A DNA stretch of 64,000 nt from an uncultured Verrucomicrobiota bacterium (GCA_902569115.1 CACFTI010000003.1:40406-104405), one strand, 5' to 3'; counted from the first letter of the stretch, positions 9,620 to 20,450 are shown. Numbers and translations are program-made. The notes: a model not told the origin generated them from the letters alone.

Positions 9620-11404
9620 ATGCCAAACAAAGCTTTTGTTTATCTTAGTCTCCTTTTAGCTCTTGGTTTACAAGCCAAGACCAATGTTGTCGTCTTCCTG
9701 ACTGATGACCAGGGGTGGGGGGATTTGAGCCTTCATGGAAATACCAACCTGTCGACCCCCAATATTGACTCCCTTGGGAAAGAGGGAGCGAGCTTTGACC
9801 GCTTCTTTGTCTGTCCAGTCTGTTCGCCCACGCGGGCTGAATTCCTGACGGGTAGATACCATGTCCGGAGTGGGGTATACAGTACATCCGCAGGTGGAGA
9901 GCGAATGGACTTAGATGAGACCACAATTGCGGATCTTTTCAAAAGAGCGGGATATTCTACAGGTGCATTCGGTAAATGGCACAATGGTATGCAGTATCCT
10001 TACCATCCTCTTGGCCGAGGGTTTGATTATTTCTACGGATTCTGTTCCGGGCATTGGGGGCATTACTATGATGCCTTGATGGAAAGAAATGGTGAATTGG
10101 TCAAAGGGAAGGGATTTTGTGTCGACGATTTCACAACCGAAGCGATCAATTTCATCGATCGTGCGGTCAAAGATGAAAAACCCTTCTTCGCCTATGTTCC
10201 TTACAACACTCCTCACAGTCCGATGCAGGTGCCGGATCGTTGGTGGAATAAATTCAAGGATAAGAACCTGGAAGATATGATGAGGCACCGAAATCCAAGT
10301 AAGGAGGATAGACTTCACTTGCTGGCGGCTTTGGCGATGTGTGAAAATATTGACTGGAATGTGGGTAGGTTGCTGAAGAAATTGGAACAACTAAAAGTGG
10401 CTGATGATACCATCGTTCTCTTTTTCAATGATAATGGACCTAATGGGAACCGTTGGAATGGTGATATGGAGGGAAGAAAGGGATCTACCGAAGAGGGGGG
10501 GACCCGTTCACCTCTGTTGATTCGTTGGCCAGCGGGCATCAAGCCCGGCACGGAAGTTAGACAGATCGCATCGGTTCTGGATTTACTCCCCACTCTTACG
10601 GAAATGGCAGGTGTCGTTGAGAAACCTGAAAAGAAATTGGATGGAAGAAGCCTGGTTTCATTACTTAATAAATCTGAGCCTAACGAACTAGATTCCAAGA
10701 AGTCCTTGAAAACACGCACATTGATTTCCAGTTGGAAAGGTAAGGTTGGTGCGAGAGATCAGCGTTTTCGTCTTGATTACAAGGGACGACTTTTCGATAT
10801 GGAAAACGACCCTGGTCAACGCGTGGAGGTAACCAAGAAGTTTCCCAAGATTTACCAACGGTTAACCCAATCAGTAAATAAATACAATAAAGAGGTATTG
10901 AGTGAATTGGGAACGGATGAAAGACCTTTTGTAATTGGACACCCCGAAGTCTCCTGGACACAGATCCCTGCTCGGGATGCCGTGCCTACCGGAGAAATTA
11001 AAAGATCAAATAAGTTTCCTAATTGCAGTTATTTCCTAAATTGGAAAAACGAAGAGGATTATATCTCATGGGATGTGGAAGTTGCTCAGGCAGGACTCTA
11101 TGAAGTTGAACTTTGGTATGCCTGCCCGGAGAAAGATTTAGGAGCAGAAGTCGAACTATCCTTCTTGGGTAACACTTTAACTTCTCGAATTTCTCGTGAA
11201 GTGAATCCGCCCTTGCTTACTGGTTATGACAGAAAACAAAGGACGGAGGGTTATGTGAAATATTTTGAACCCATGAAAATGGGTAAAATCCAATTGAAAC
11301 AGGGGAAAGGCGAATTGAAACTACAGGCAAAGAAGATACCTGGTGATCAGGCTCTCGAATTTCGTCTTTTAATGATCAATAGGATTAAAAAGAAGAAGAG
11401 TTAA
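9620..11404 (+). CDS. Arylsulfatase-family (S1) sulfatase with C-terminal beta-sandwich
   Basis: TDDQGWGD, CSPTR, GKWHNG; signal peptide. Confidence 0.93.
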   Translation: MPNKAFVYLSLLLALGLQAKTNVVVFLTDDQGWGDLSLHGNTNLSTPNIDSLGKEGASFDRFFVCPVCSPTRAEFLTGRYHVRSGVYSTSAGGERMDLDETTIADLFKRAGYSTGAFGKWHNGMQYPYHPLGRGFDYFYGFCSGHWGHYYDALMERNGELVKGKGFCVDDFTTEAINFIDRAVKDEKPFFAYVPYNTPHSPMQVPDRWWNKFKDKNLEDMMRHRNPSKEDRLHLLAALAMCENIDWNVGRLLKKLEQLKVADDTIVLFFNDNGPNGNRWNGDMEGRKGSTEEGGTRSPLLIRWPAGIKPGTEVRQIASVLDLLPTLTEMAGVVEKPEKKLDGRSLVSLLNKSEPNELDSKKSLKTRTLISSWKGKVGARDQRFRLDYKGRLFDMENDPGQRVEVTKKFPKIYQRLTQSVNKYNKEVLSELGTDERPFVIGHPEVSWTQIPARDAVPTGEIKRSNKFPNCSYFLNWKNEEDYISWDVEVAQAGLYEVELWYACPEKDLGAEVELSFLGNTLTSRISREVNPPLLTGYDRKQRTEGYVKYFEPMKMGKIQLKQGKGELKLQAKKIPGDQALEFRLLMINRIKKKKS

Positions 11405-12450
11405 GCAGCCTGCTTAAAATCTTCTTCCAAGGCCAATTGACGCTTTAATTCCCTAAAGCCAATCATCTTACTATTATCCTCGTCCCATAAACGGAACTTC
11501 AGTGACTTTAGACTGCTTAGCAGGTTAAGTTCAGGAGCAACCTGAAAAAAGGGATCAGACTTGTGACAACGTTCCAAATTATAATTTGGAATCATTGCAT
11601 TGAGATGGTGAATATGATGAAAGCCAATGTTTCCAGAGAACCATTGCATGATTCGCGGGAGTTTGTAGTAGCTACTACCTTCCATAGCGGCAGCAGTGAA
11701 GTCCCAGTCTTCTCCCTGTGCCCAATATGTATCTTCAAATTGGTGCTGAACATAGAAAAGCCAAATACCGCATGTGCCAGCTACGGCCATCATGGTAACT
11801 TGTATGATGATGAATGGAATAACCCCAAATATTGAACTCATGGATACGCACCAAATCAGCAGGGCAAAATTCATTATGTGAACAGAACGGCGTTCCCTCG
11901 GTTTACATTTCTTTGAAGGAAAGCGTTCAAGAACCATAAACAGGAAGAGTGGGGCAAAGACAAAAAGGATAAAAGGATTACGGACTAGGCGGTAATTAAA
12001 ACGAGTCATGCGGGAAGAGGTAAGGTATTCACGAACGGTTAGCGTCCAAATGTCACCAATCCCGCGACGGTCCAAATCTCCGTTGGTCGCGTGGTGCATC
12101 GCATGTTCCCAACGCCAGTGGTGATAGGGAGTGAAAACAGACATTCCAGAAATGAAACCAAGGATATTATTGGCCTTCTTGGACTTAAAAAAAGATCCGT
12201 GCCCACAATCATGGAAAATAATAAAGGAACGGACGAGGAATAATCCTGCCAGCACGGAGAGTCCTATGGTCAACCACCATGAAATTCCCATTGTAAAGAA
12301 CAAAGCTATCCAAATAGCCACGATTGAACCAAGCGTGTTTACAATCTGCCAAATAGCACGCCCTAAATCCGGTTTTTGATATTCAGCAACCAGTTCTTTC
12401 CATTCCGCCACGGATTTCATGGTGCTGTTTTGTGAATTTGTATTTTCCAT
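11401..12450 (-). CDS. Membrane fatty-acid (acyl-lipid) desaturase, Bacillus Des-like
   Basis: Three His boxes HDCGH, HAMHH, HHIHH; transmembrane segments. Confidence 0.9.
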   Translation of the reverse strand: MENTNSQNSTMKSVAEWKELVAEYQKPDLGRAIWQIVNTLGSIVAIWIALFFTMGISWWLTIGLSVLAGLFLVRSFIIFHDCGHGSFFKSKKANNILGFISGMSVFTPYHHWRWEHAMHHATNGDLDRRGIGDIWTLTVREYLTSSRMTRFNYRLVRNPFILFVFAPLFLFMVLERFPSKKCKPRERRSVHIMNFALLIWCVSMSSIFGVIPFIIIQVTMMAVAGTCGIWLFYVQHQFEDTYWAQGEDWDFTAAAMEGSSYYKLPRIMQWFSGNIGFHHIHHLNAMIPNYNLERCHKSDPFFQVAPELNLLSSLKSLKFRLWDEDNSKMIGFRELKRQLALEEDFKQAA

Positions 12451-12511
12451 CCTGTCTTCAATGACATCAGTTTACAGGGCAATTAGCAAGCGCGTAGATG
12501 AGCTTTCAAAA

Positions 12512-13219
12512 TTAGTCATTCTCGATGAATTTTCCAGTTTTAATAAAATGGAGGGCGTTTTCCTGGGCGGGTTTATGGTTCATTAGAAAGGGGTGAGGAG
12601 AATGAACGATCAGGAAATCTTTCATTCCTTCGACCCGGGTCCGGGGTATCGCAACCTTGCCGTCATCTTTTCCTGGTATCATGGATGAAAGAATAGGATT
12701 GATTGAACGATCTCCCGCAATCACCCCAAGTTCAAAAGAAACAGGGCCAAGCTTGTTTGGAATGCTATTGGCATGTGTCGATAGTTGCAGGGAGGCAGGA
12801 CCGTTGAGTAATTGAAAAACTTTCATCTTTCCTAGCTTATCGACGATTTCACTGCCTTGGTTGGGTGGTCCCAGCATGACGACCCTACCAAGATCCGGAA
12901 GGGGATTGGTTGCCTGAATTTGACGAAGGATGATACCTCCCATCGAATGAGTCACGAAATGATACCTTGAGGGCTTTTGGTCTTCTGAAATCGTGATGAT
13001 TTGTTGCCTCACCTTTTGGGCCAATTTCGGAATGGTAAAGTGGCGGGACGGGTAATCCAGGTTACTTACCGAGAAATTATGATCTGAAAGAAATTTCTCC
13101 ATACTTCTCATCGAAGAGGAAGTTCGAGCCAATCCGTGGAGAAGAAATATATTTTCCGACGAGTAGCTTATTACAGTGGAAAAGATAAAGAAATTACTGA
13201 GAAGAAAATATCTTTTCAA
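12512..13219 (-). CDS. Secreted alpha/beta hydrolase (lipase/esterase)
   Basis: LLHGL oxyanion motif, THSMGG nucleophile elbow, DDGKV, H; probable TTG start at 13219. Confidence 0.82.
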   Translation of the reverse strand: MKRYFLLSNFFIFSTVISYSSENIFLLHGLARTSSSMRSMEKFLSDHNFSVSNLDYPSRHFTIPKLAQKVRQQIITISEDQKPSRYHFVTHSMGGIILRQIQATNPLPDLGRVVMLGPPNQGSEIVDKLGKMKVFQLLNGPASLQLSTHANSIPNKLGPVSFELGVIAGDRSINPILSSMIPGKDDGKVAIPRTRVEGMKDFLIVHSPHPFLMNHKPAQENALHFIKTGKFIEND

Positions 13220-13221
13220 AT

Positions 13222-14283
13222 TCAGGACTGAAGCAGACGGACCGGTGCCTCGTTTTTGAGGTCCAATAGAATGGCAATGTTTAAGAAGGTAATTTCCCCC
13301 ATGGTCCGGCATTGGGAAAAGCGGTCGTCCTGATGGAATTTCTCAAGATCTGATTTGAGAGAGCTCAATTGCTCATCGCTGGATATGCGATCTTCACACA
13401 TGGATTCCCGTAGTCGGTTGATCCGGGTGGGGGCGACATTAAACCTTCTTTTAATAAGAGTTCTTTCTTCGCGCTGGTATTGATGGCTTGTTTCGAGGTT
13501 AATCAGGCGACTGCAAAGATTAACCACCGGTAAATTATTCTTGAAGAACTGTGGTAAGTAGAAAGATTTTCTGCCTTCATACGATTGCTGATCGAAATCG
13601 ATCGCCCGTACCCGGTACTGGTTATGTTCAAAATCCGGGGTCATTTCCACGACATAATTATAGGCACGCATATCGCCTAGGAGCCGAACGAAGCAACGTT
13701 CATTAAACTTTATGAATTCTTTAGCCAAGCGGACTTCGTTGAGATCTTCCCGTTCGAGATAGTTTTCGATAAAATCATCACCGGGCACGCCAATGATGTG
13801 TTCCTCCACCAGGGTGTCCTGATCGACATGGAAGTTGATCTCGTTGGGAGAGAGTAATTGTTCCAATTCTAGTCCGTAAATTCGGGAGGCATCCGCTTTT
13901 TTGACATAAAAATAATCGTGATTGTCGTTGTAGTGGTTTACTATACGGATACGGAAGGGCTTGGTGTTGCCAAAGGTACAATAGTCGACGCGGTCGACAT
14001 AGAGATTATCCATGATCTTTTGATCACCGCCTGATCGAAGGAGGACATAAATCTGTTTGAGTCCTTCGAAGATTTCCTTTCCGTAATGTTGATCATACAC
14101 CATGGTTTGCCACAGTGTGTCCTCATTTTTATCATTCATCAGTGGGTAGGAATCCACGCTTTGCAAAAGGTTTTCGTACTGTACGGGAAGAGATATTTCG
14201 CGTTTGTACTGGCCAAGATAATTACGAAGTCTACCACTTACGGGGTAGAATTTTTTCTTTTGTTGGAGATTTTTGACAATCAT
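13222..14283 (-). CDS. Conserved hypothetical protein with HipA/PI3K-like kinase motifs
   Basis: YFYVK, GLELE, LLGDMRAYN and AIDFD in kinase order. Confidence 0.6.
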   Translation of the reverse strand: MIVKNLQQKKKFYPVSGRLRNYLGQYKREISLPVQYENLLQSVDSYPLMNDKNEDTLWQTMVYDQHYGKEIFEGLKQIYVLLRSGGDQKIMDNLYVDRVDYCTFGNTKPFRIRIVNHYNDNHDYFYVKKADASRIYGLELEQLLSPNEINFHVDQDTLVEEHIIGVPGDDFIENYLEREDLNEVRLAKEFIKFNERCFVRLLGDMRAYNYVVEMTPDFEHNQYRVRAIDFDQQSYEGRKSFYLPQFFKNNLPVVNLCSRLINLETSHQYQREERTLIKRRFNVAPTRINRLRESMCEDRISSDEQLSSLKSDLEKFHQDDRFSQCRTMGEITFLNIAILLDLKNEAPVRLLQS

Positions 14284-14303
14284 CAAGAAGGCAGGATAAT
14301 CCT

Positions 14304-14332
14304 ATCGTAGGAGGAATGAATATCTCGGACAA
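14304..14332 (-). promoter_or_regulatory. sigma70-like promoter for the kinase-like gene
   Basis: TTGTCC-17 bp-TACGAT. Confidence 0.45.
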
Positions 14333-14346
14333 GAGTAAAGCCCGGA

Positions 14347-16908
14347 TTACTCTCCCCGCAATAATTCCAGGGGTTTTTCCTGAAGCACTTTGCGTGTGGC
14401 CACCTCGGCAGTGATGCAGGCGAGAAGTGTAACCCCAGTAATCATGATGACAGGGAGTTGCCAGTGAAAGCTCCAGACCCGGTCGAAGATATAATGGGAA
14501 AGAACAAAGCTGGCTCCTGAACTTAAGGTAACCCCAAGCACGGCAGAGAAAAAACCAAGGGCCCCAAACTCAAGGCGGACTAAGTTCTTAAGGTCTGAAA
14601 AGGAAGCACCCAATATCTTCTGCAGGTTGATTTCCTGTCTTTGCCGGCGGGCTTTTTCCCTGGAGATGGTGTGCAGGATAATCAGACCGACAATAATCGA
14701 GAGAATCGCCATGACTTGTAATGCCCATGTCATCTGACTCACAACCTCGAGGATTTTTCTCCCCGTCCGTTCCACATCGAGGATGGAAATGGTGGGGAAT
14801 TGTTGAACAAGCAAATCTTGAATAGCCTGCTTTTCTTCGATGGATAAGTTTTCAATTGTTCCAATAAAAGTCTTGGGAGCCTGTTCCAGCACACCTGGTT
14901 GCATTTGTACAAAAAAGTTTGGTTGGAAGCTAGTCCAGCGAACCCGTCGGATATTAACGACTTCGGCATTCACCTGAACACCGCTGACTTCAATGGTAAT
15001 TTGGTCACCCAAATCGATGCCCAAAGATTCCGCATACTTTTGCTCAACCGAAATTTCTGCAGGCTTACTTCCATTTGCATCATAGGAGGTGTTCACCATT
15101 CTCCCTCTTAGGATTTCCTCACTTTCACGCAGCTCTCCTCGATAGCTGAGATTGAAGGTGCGGTTGCGAAACGCATTTCTTCGTTGTTCATCAGGATTAT
15201 CGAATTCGCGATCCATCCTGTCCATTGATTCAAAGGGAACACCCTTGACGGAGAGTAAACGGGCTCGGATCCACGGCGTAACATTTTCCATGGGGCGCCC
15301 CTGAAATTGTAGGGCTTGGGTGAGAGGGGCGAGGTGTTCCTCCTGTATATCAAAGAGAAAGAGTTGGGGAAGCTTGCTTTCGGGATCTTGTAGGTTAATT
15401 TCAGATTCCAAGCTATACTGGAATTGGGGAATGAGATTAAGCAACAATACCCCGAGACCAAGTGCAAGCAGACTGGTAATAGAGCTGTTGCGGTTACGGG
15501 AAAGAGAACGGCTGGCTAGACGCAGGGGAAGAGGAGATTTACGAAAAGCTCGTTCGATGACCACAAGGGCGAAAGAACCAAGGATGTAAACGACCACTCC
15601 GCTGACCGTAAAAGTAATGAAGAATAAATTTCCCAGTTTCCAGGAATCTGCCTGAGTTATGCAAAGAGTCCAGAACCCGAACAAACCAGGGATAAGCCAA
15701 GGAATAGTATTAATTGCGGAGCTTTTTGCGGAATGCATGGATTCACGGAAAAGTTCAGCCGGTTTGAGCTGACGGATTTTTCGTAGGCTGGGAAGGGCTA
15801 AAAGAATACCCGAAAGGATCGCGACGCAGATGGTAAGTATAATACTGGGGAGGGTGAGGCCGGCGTTTACTTGAAAGGGAAGGAAATCATCGAGTAAATT
15901 TTCAGCGAGGGGGAGTGCAATAAAGCAGATGAGAACCGGAGGAATCACGGCAAGTATTCCGAGGATGGATATCTGCAAAACATAAGTAAACAAGGCGAGC
16001 CGGGGTGATGCACCCAGGCTGATTAGGATCGCCAGATCCTTAATTTTTCTGGTCAGGAATCCATGGAATAAGTAGCCACTCCCAAGGCAGGCTAGGAAGA
16101 GGGCGACCAAGGAGACAAGGGCCAGGAAATCGGAAAGATAGCGAAGTAGACGACCAGCCCGATGACCTGCCCTTTGATGAGAGTAGATTCGTATATCAGG
16201 GGAGTTGATCGTTTTCCCAACTTTTTCGGCAAGACTCTGGGCATTGATTCCGTCGGGCAGTTGATAGAGCTGATTGCGAAAAGCGGTGTTTCCCTCCTGA
16301 AGTAAGGCGGTTTCTTCCAGGAAATTGTGACTGATAAATACTTTAGGGGCAAACTCAGCGGGTTGAAATTGCAAGCCAGCATCTTCCTTCACAATATCAG
16401 AAATACGGAATTTGTTCTTTCCCAGAGTAATCTGATCCCCCAGGTCTAGGTCGAGCTGAGTGCGCAGTTCAGGGTAAATCCATGCGATAGGCTTTTGATG
16501 AAGCAGTAGGTCATTAAATTCTGTCACTTTTCCTCTTAGGTTTAGATCAAATGATCCATGAAAGGGAAAGCCTGGTGCCATCGCCACGACCTTGACTAAA
16601 CGACTGCGTCCTGACGGTCCTGCAACCATTGAGAAGAAGTCGACCGCTTCAACGGAAAGAGTTTCCGGGGGTAAGAGGTTTTTCGCTTTTTTCAGCTCCT
16701 CCGCAGAGAATTCTCTGCGGGTCCGGAGTGCCAAATCGGCTCCCAGTAGTTTCTGGGATTCAAGGGAAACTTGTTGGTTTACTGATCGTTTGAACGAATC
16801 AATGGTTATAAAACCAAGCAGACCCAATGAAAGATTAACTAGGTAAAAGATGCAGAAAGCACGATTGTTTCGAATTTCCCGCCACGCATGCTTGAAAGCG
16901 AAATTCAT
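14347..16908 (-). CDS. ybbP: ABC transporter permease, YbbP-like (two FtsX domains)
   Basis: LLGADL, FLFDIQ, RRVRWTSFQPNFF motifs; start MNFAFK at 16908 with ATGA overlap. Confidence 0.85.
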   Translation of the reverse strand: MNFAFKHAWREIRNNRAFCIFYLVNLSLGLLGFITIDSFKRSVNQQVSLESQKLLGADLALRTRREFSAEELKKAKNLLPPETLSVEAVDFFSMVAGPSGRSRLVKVVAMAPGFPFHGSFDLNLRGKVTEFNDLLLHQKPIAWIYPELRTQLDLDLGDQITLGKNKFRISDIVKEDAGLQFQPAEFAPKVFISHNFLEETALLQEGNTAFRNQLYQLPDGINAQSLAEKVGKTINSPDIRIYSHQRAGHRAGRLLRYLSDFLALVSLVALFLACLGSGYLFHGFLTRKIKDLAILISLGASPRLALFTYVLQISILGILAVIPPVLICFIALPLAENLLDDFLPFQVNAGLTLPSIILTICVAILSGILLALPSLRKIRQLKPAELFRESMHSAKSSAINTIPWLIPGLFGFWTLCITQADSWKLGNLFFITFTVSGVVVYILGSFALVVIERAFRKSPLPLRLASRSLSRNRNSSITSLLALGLGVLLLNLIPQFQYSLESEINLQDPESKLPQLFLFDIQEEHLAPLTQALQFQGRPMENVTPWIRARLLSVKGVPFESMDRMDREFDNPDEQRRNAFRNRTFNLSYRGELRESEEILRGRMVNTSYDANGSKPAEISVEQKYAESLGIDLGDQITIEVSGVQVNAEVVNIRRVRWTSFQPNFFVQMQPGVLEQAPKTFIGTIENLSIEEKQAIQDLLVQQFPTISILDVERTGRKILEVVSQMTWALQVMAILSIIVGLIILHTISREKARRQRQEINLQKILGASFSDLKNLVRLEFGALGFFSAVLGVTLSSGASFVLSHYIFDRVWSFHWQLPVIMITGVTLLACITAEVATRKVLQEKPLELLRGE

Positions 16909-17585
16909 GTTTTGTGAGCAAAAAGCCTTCCTTCGCGCAAGTGCAGGCAACGGTCACATAATGTAGAAAGTTCCTGGTTATGGGTTACCAGGATGAGTGT
17001 TTGGTCCTGCTCTTTGCAAAGTGTGAACAGTAATTCCATTACTTCTTTTCCGGTTTTTCCATCGAGGTTGCCGGAAGGTTCATCCGCCAGGATTAAGCTG
17101 GGTTTGGTGACAATCGCCCGTGCGATGGCCACCCGCTGGCACTCGCCTCCTGAAAGTTCAGAGGGCAAATGCGAAAGGCGGTGAGATAAGCCAACCTGCT
17201 CGAGAGCTTTTCTTGCCTGTGTTTCCGCTTCTTTCTGACGCTGTAGCTCAAGGGGTAAGGAAACATTTTCCAATGCGGTCAGATTACTCATGAGGTGATA
17301 TTGTTGGAAGACAATACCCAAGTTTTTGGAACGGAAGCGTGCAAGTTTTTCCTGATCCATCTTGGTGAGATCAGTATCATCGATGGAAATTTGTCCAAAG
17401 TCGGGTTGGTCGAGCCCGGCTATCAGCGAAAGAAAAGTGGACTTGCCACTGCCACTTTGGCCAAGAATGGCAACGGTTTCTCCTTTTTTAACTTGGAGGC
17501 TTAGTTGATAGAGCACTTCTACCTTCTTCCCCCCCTGGTTGTAAGTTTTACTAATTTTTTGAATGGATGCGATGTGGGTCATCAA
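16905..17585 (-). CDS. ybbA: ABC transporter ATP-binding protein, YbbA-like
   Basis: GQSGSGKST Walker A, LSGGECQR signature, ILADEP Walker B. Confidence 0.9.
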   Translation of the reverse strand: MMTHIASIQKISKTYNQGGKKVEVLYQLSLQVKKGETVAILGQSGSGKSTFLSLIAGLDQPDFGQISIDDTDLTKMDQEKLARFRSKNLGIVFQQYHLMSNLTALENVSLPLELQRQKEAETQARKALEQVGLSHRLSHLPSELSGGECQRVAIARAIVTKPSLILADEPSGNLDGKTGKEVMELLFTLCKEQDQTLILVTHNQELSTLCDRCLHLREGRLFAHKT

Positions 17586-18247
17586 TTTTTGGGTAAATGA
17601 GTGTTGAGGCTTTTAAATACAGTTTCGGAAATTTTTTGATGGCCCGCCGGGTTGGGGTGAATGCGGTCAGGTAAATTCATGGATGGGTTTCCTCCAACTC
17701 CTTCTAAGAGGAACGGCAAGAGGGGAACCTTGTTCTTTGTTGCCAAGTCCTGAAATAATTGGGCAAATTTGCGAGTATATTCAATGCCATAGTTGGGAGG
17801 AATTTTCATCCCGGCAAGTAGGGTGGGTATCCCTTTACTTTTTGCTTTTTCGATTATTCTTTCGAGGTTTTTTTGGGTCTCTTCAACAGGGACTCCCCGA
17901 AGACCGTCATTTCCACCAAGGGCGACAATCAAGAAATCAGGGGAAGATTTTAATAGCCAATCAATTCTGGAAACTCCTCCGCTAGTAGTTGCTCCGCTGA
18001 TTCCTGCATTGATCACCTCAAAGGTGGTGTTATGGTCATGAGCGAGTTTCTGATTGAGATTTTCTTCAAGGAGGGTGGGGTATGCCTGATGTTCCGAGAC
18101 CCCATATCCTTCAGTCAGGGAGTCCCCCAGGATGATGATTCGAAAAACATTCTTCTGGATTACTTTGTTTGGAGTGTTTGATACCGAGTTTTGTTCGGGT
18201 TCGGATGAGCAACCTGCGAACAAAAGCGTAAGGAGTAGGAATTTCAT
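17582..18247 (-). CDS. tesA: Arylesterase/acyl-CoA thioesterase I (GDSL), lipoprotein
   Basis: GDSLT, NAGISG, GGNDGLRG, DRIHPN; start MKFLLLTLLFAGC at 18247. Confidence 0.88.
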   Translation of the reverse strand: MKFLLLTLLFAGCSSEPEQNSVSNTPNKVIQKNVFRIIILGDSLTEGYGVSEHQAYPTLLEENLNQKLAHDHNTTFEVINAGISGATTSGGVSRIDWLLKSSPDFLIVALGGNDGLRGVPVEETQKNLERIIEKAKSKGIPTLLAGMKIPPNYGIEYTRKFAQLFQDLATKNKVPLLPFLLEGVGGNPSMNLPDRIHPNPAGHQKISETVFKSLNTHLPKN

Positions 18248-18352
18248 CAGGAGGTGGAAGGTGGCCACTGGAAGAGAGTTTGTCATTTTTCTGATTACCT
18301 TAAAGAATGTATGGATGAATCTTCCCATGCCAAGAACGATGATTTCCAATTG

Positions 18353-18778
18353 ATGAGTATTTTACTGGAATTCCTTCATGAGCATGCCCTGTGCATAGAT
18401 TTTGGTATGCTCATCCTGATTTGGATGGTGCAGATCATTATTTACCCAACATTCCACAAGGTCGTGAAGGAAGACTTTGTTAGCTGGCACCGAACTTATT
18501 GCAATTCGATTGGATTTTTTGTGCTTCCGGTCATGGTATGTCAGTTATTGGAAGCTTCCTCCGCCTGTTTCTTTACGGCAGAGAATTTGGCATGGGTTAA
18601 ATTACTGGCGGTATTGGGTGCATGGGTGATCACTTTTCTCATATCAGCTCCTTGTCATCGCAACTTACAGGTGGGAAAAGACACTCTTGTGATTGAGAGA
18701 CTGGTGCGAACAAACTGGTGGCGAACCGTTCTTTGGTCTATTTCGTTTGTTGTTTCATTGGTGATTTATTATTGGTGA
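18353..18778 (+). CDS. Four-TM hypothetical membrane protein
   Basis: LIWMVQ..IYP.F, W.H..Y, P.H..L, N..RT..W pattern; probable ATG at 18353. Confidence 0.7.
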   Translation: MSILLEFLHEHALCIDFGMLILIWMVQIIIYPTFHKVVKEDFVSWHRTYCNSIGFFVLPVMVCQLLEASSACFFTAENLAWVKLLAVLGAWVITFLISAPCHRNLQVGKDTLVIERLVRTNWWRTVLWSISFVVSLVIYYW

Positions 18779-18921
18779 AATTCTCGATTAAAAGTCAGAC
18801 GAAAATTTGTCCCAGGTGCGGTCGTCCTTTTTCGAATCGTAAGAAATGGGAGTCTCGGGGTATTTGGAAAGAAATCATCTACTGTTCGGACCGGTGCCGA
18901 GCTAAAAAAAAGAAATCGTGA
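18775..18921 (+). CDS. DUF2256 small Cys-rich protein
   Basis: [14 protein letters not shown]...W..I.YCSDRCR; GTG start at 18775; overlaps both neighbours by 4 bp. Confidence 0.85.
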   Translation: MKFSIKSQTKICPRCGRPFSNRKKWESRGIWKEIIYCSDRCRAKKKKS

Positions 18922-20450
18922 AGAAGGCGGTCTGGTGGATGAAGCGGGACTTCCGTATTACCGATAACGAGTGTCTTTTTGAAGCCGCACAACATGCTGA
19001 AGCGGTTCTCCCCTTTTTTTGCTGGGAGCATGATGTTCTGAACGAGGGTGATTATTCGTCATTTCATTTACAGGCTCAATGGGAAGGGCTCACAGGAGTT
19101 TGCCAAAGTTTGAGGAGCCGTGGGGTCGAAAGCCGGGTGGTGTTCGGTGAAATCGTGGGACAGTTGGATCTACTTTTTAAGCTTTTTCCCTTTGATGTTC
19201 TTTATTCCCACCAGGAAACGGGAAACCTGGTTACTTTTAAGCGGGATCAAAATGTGCAAAAATGGTGTAGGGAACGGAATGTAAAATGGGTGGAGATGAA
19301 TCCAAGTTCAGTCATGCGTGGAGGAGATGCAGACCGCAGGCGGTTAAAACTTAGGCAAGCGGATTACAGAAAGCAGGAGCCTTTACCCATTCCGGATTTT
19401 AGTCATTTGGAACCACTTGCCCCCGGAGTTGCCAACCAGCCTCCCTCTTGGAAGGAAGTAATTACGGTCGTCCCTAAATTCAAAGGACAACCACTCAACC
19501 CAAGTTTAACCAAAGTGAATGAGAAATCTGCCCACGCGACTCTTTCCTCCTTTTTGCACGAGCGGGGAATCGGATATTCCGGGGGGATCTCTTCACCGAA
19601 TACAGCCTTTGTTCACGGCTCCAGGCTCTCGAGTCATCTTGCCTGGGGAACCATAAGCTTACGGACAGTATTTGCACATTTAGACCAACGAAGACTTGAA
19701 GTGAAGGATTGCCAGGACCGCTCCCTCTGGCTTCGCAGTTTACGGGCTTTTGAATCGCGTCTCTTTTGGCGTGATCATTTTATCCAAAGGCTTGAAGCGT
19801 TTCCGGTGATGGAAAAAAAGCCCCTGAATTCGGCTTACGCTGACTTAAAATATGAAGATGATCCTGAAATTCTGAATGCGTGGATCCAAGGGCGTACTGG
19901 CTATCCAATGGTGGATGCCTGTATGAGATGTCTACAGGATAATGGTTTTCTCAATTTTCGCATGCGTGCCATGGTGGTCAGTTTTGCATGTTATGGATTG
20001 CATCTTTCGTGGCGAACTATCCATGAGCCTTTGGCCCGTTTATTTCATGATTACGAACCGGGCATCCATTTATCCCAGCTTCAAATGCAGGCTGGGGTGA
20101 TTGGATTTAATGCCATCCGGGTTTATAGCCCAACGAAACAATTCCTTGATCATGATCCAAATGGTGTTTTCGTGCATCGCTGGGTTAAGGAACTAAAGGG
20201 GAGAACCCCTGCGGAAATTGCCCACGCGGATGAAATTCCTTTAGACGGATACATTCCTAAAGTAATAAACCTGAAGGATCGGGCTAAGGAAATGAAATCA
20301 CGCGTTTATGAAATACGCAAAAGTGCCACCGGGAAAAAAATAACCGGTGATGTTTTAAAGAAGCATGGTTCGAGGCGATCTACTGCTGCAGGGAAGAAAA
20401 AAACTAAGAAAAGTACTGAAGGTCAGATGACTTTTTTTAAGACTTTATGA
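18918..20450 (+). CDS. Cryptochrome/DNA photolyase family protein (atypical clade)
   Basis: [41 protein letters not shown]-binding motifs. Confidence 0.88.
   Translation: MKKAVWWMKRDFRITDNECLFEAAQHAEAVLPFFCWEHDVLNEGDYSSFHLQAQWEGLTGVCQSLRSRGVESRVVFGEIVGQLDLLFKLFPFDVLYSHQETGNLVTFKRDQNVQKWCRERNVKWVEMNPSSVMRGGDADRRRLKLRQADYRKQEPLPIPDFSHLEPLAPGVANQPPSWKEVITVVPKFKGQPLNPSLTKVNEKSAHATLSSFLHERGIGYSGGISSPNTAFVHGSRLSSHLAWGTISLRTVFAHLDQRRLEVKDCQDRSLWLRSLRAFESRLFWRDHFIQRLEAFPVMEKKPLNSAYADLKYEDDPEILNAWIQGRTGYPMVDACMRCLQDNGFLNFRMRAMVVSFACYGLHLSWRTIHEPLARLFHDYEPGIHLSQLQMQAGVIGFNAIRVYSPTKQFLDHDPNGVFVHRWVKELKGRTPAEIAHADEIPLDGYIPKVINLKDRAKEMKSRVYEIRKSATGKKITGDVLKKHGSRRSTAAGKKKTKKSTEGQMTFFKTL

Noticed and set aside
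13222-14283. HipBA toxin-antitoxin module
   Set aside because: No adjacent HTH antitoxin and no HipA N-terminal domain recognisable
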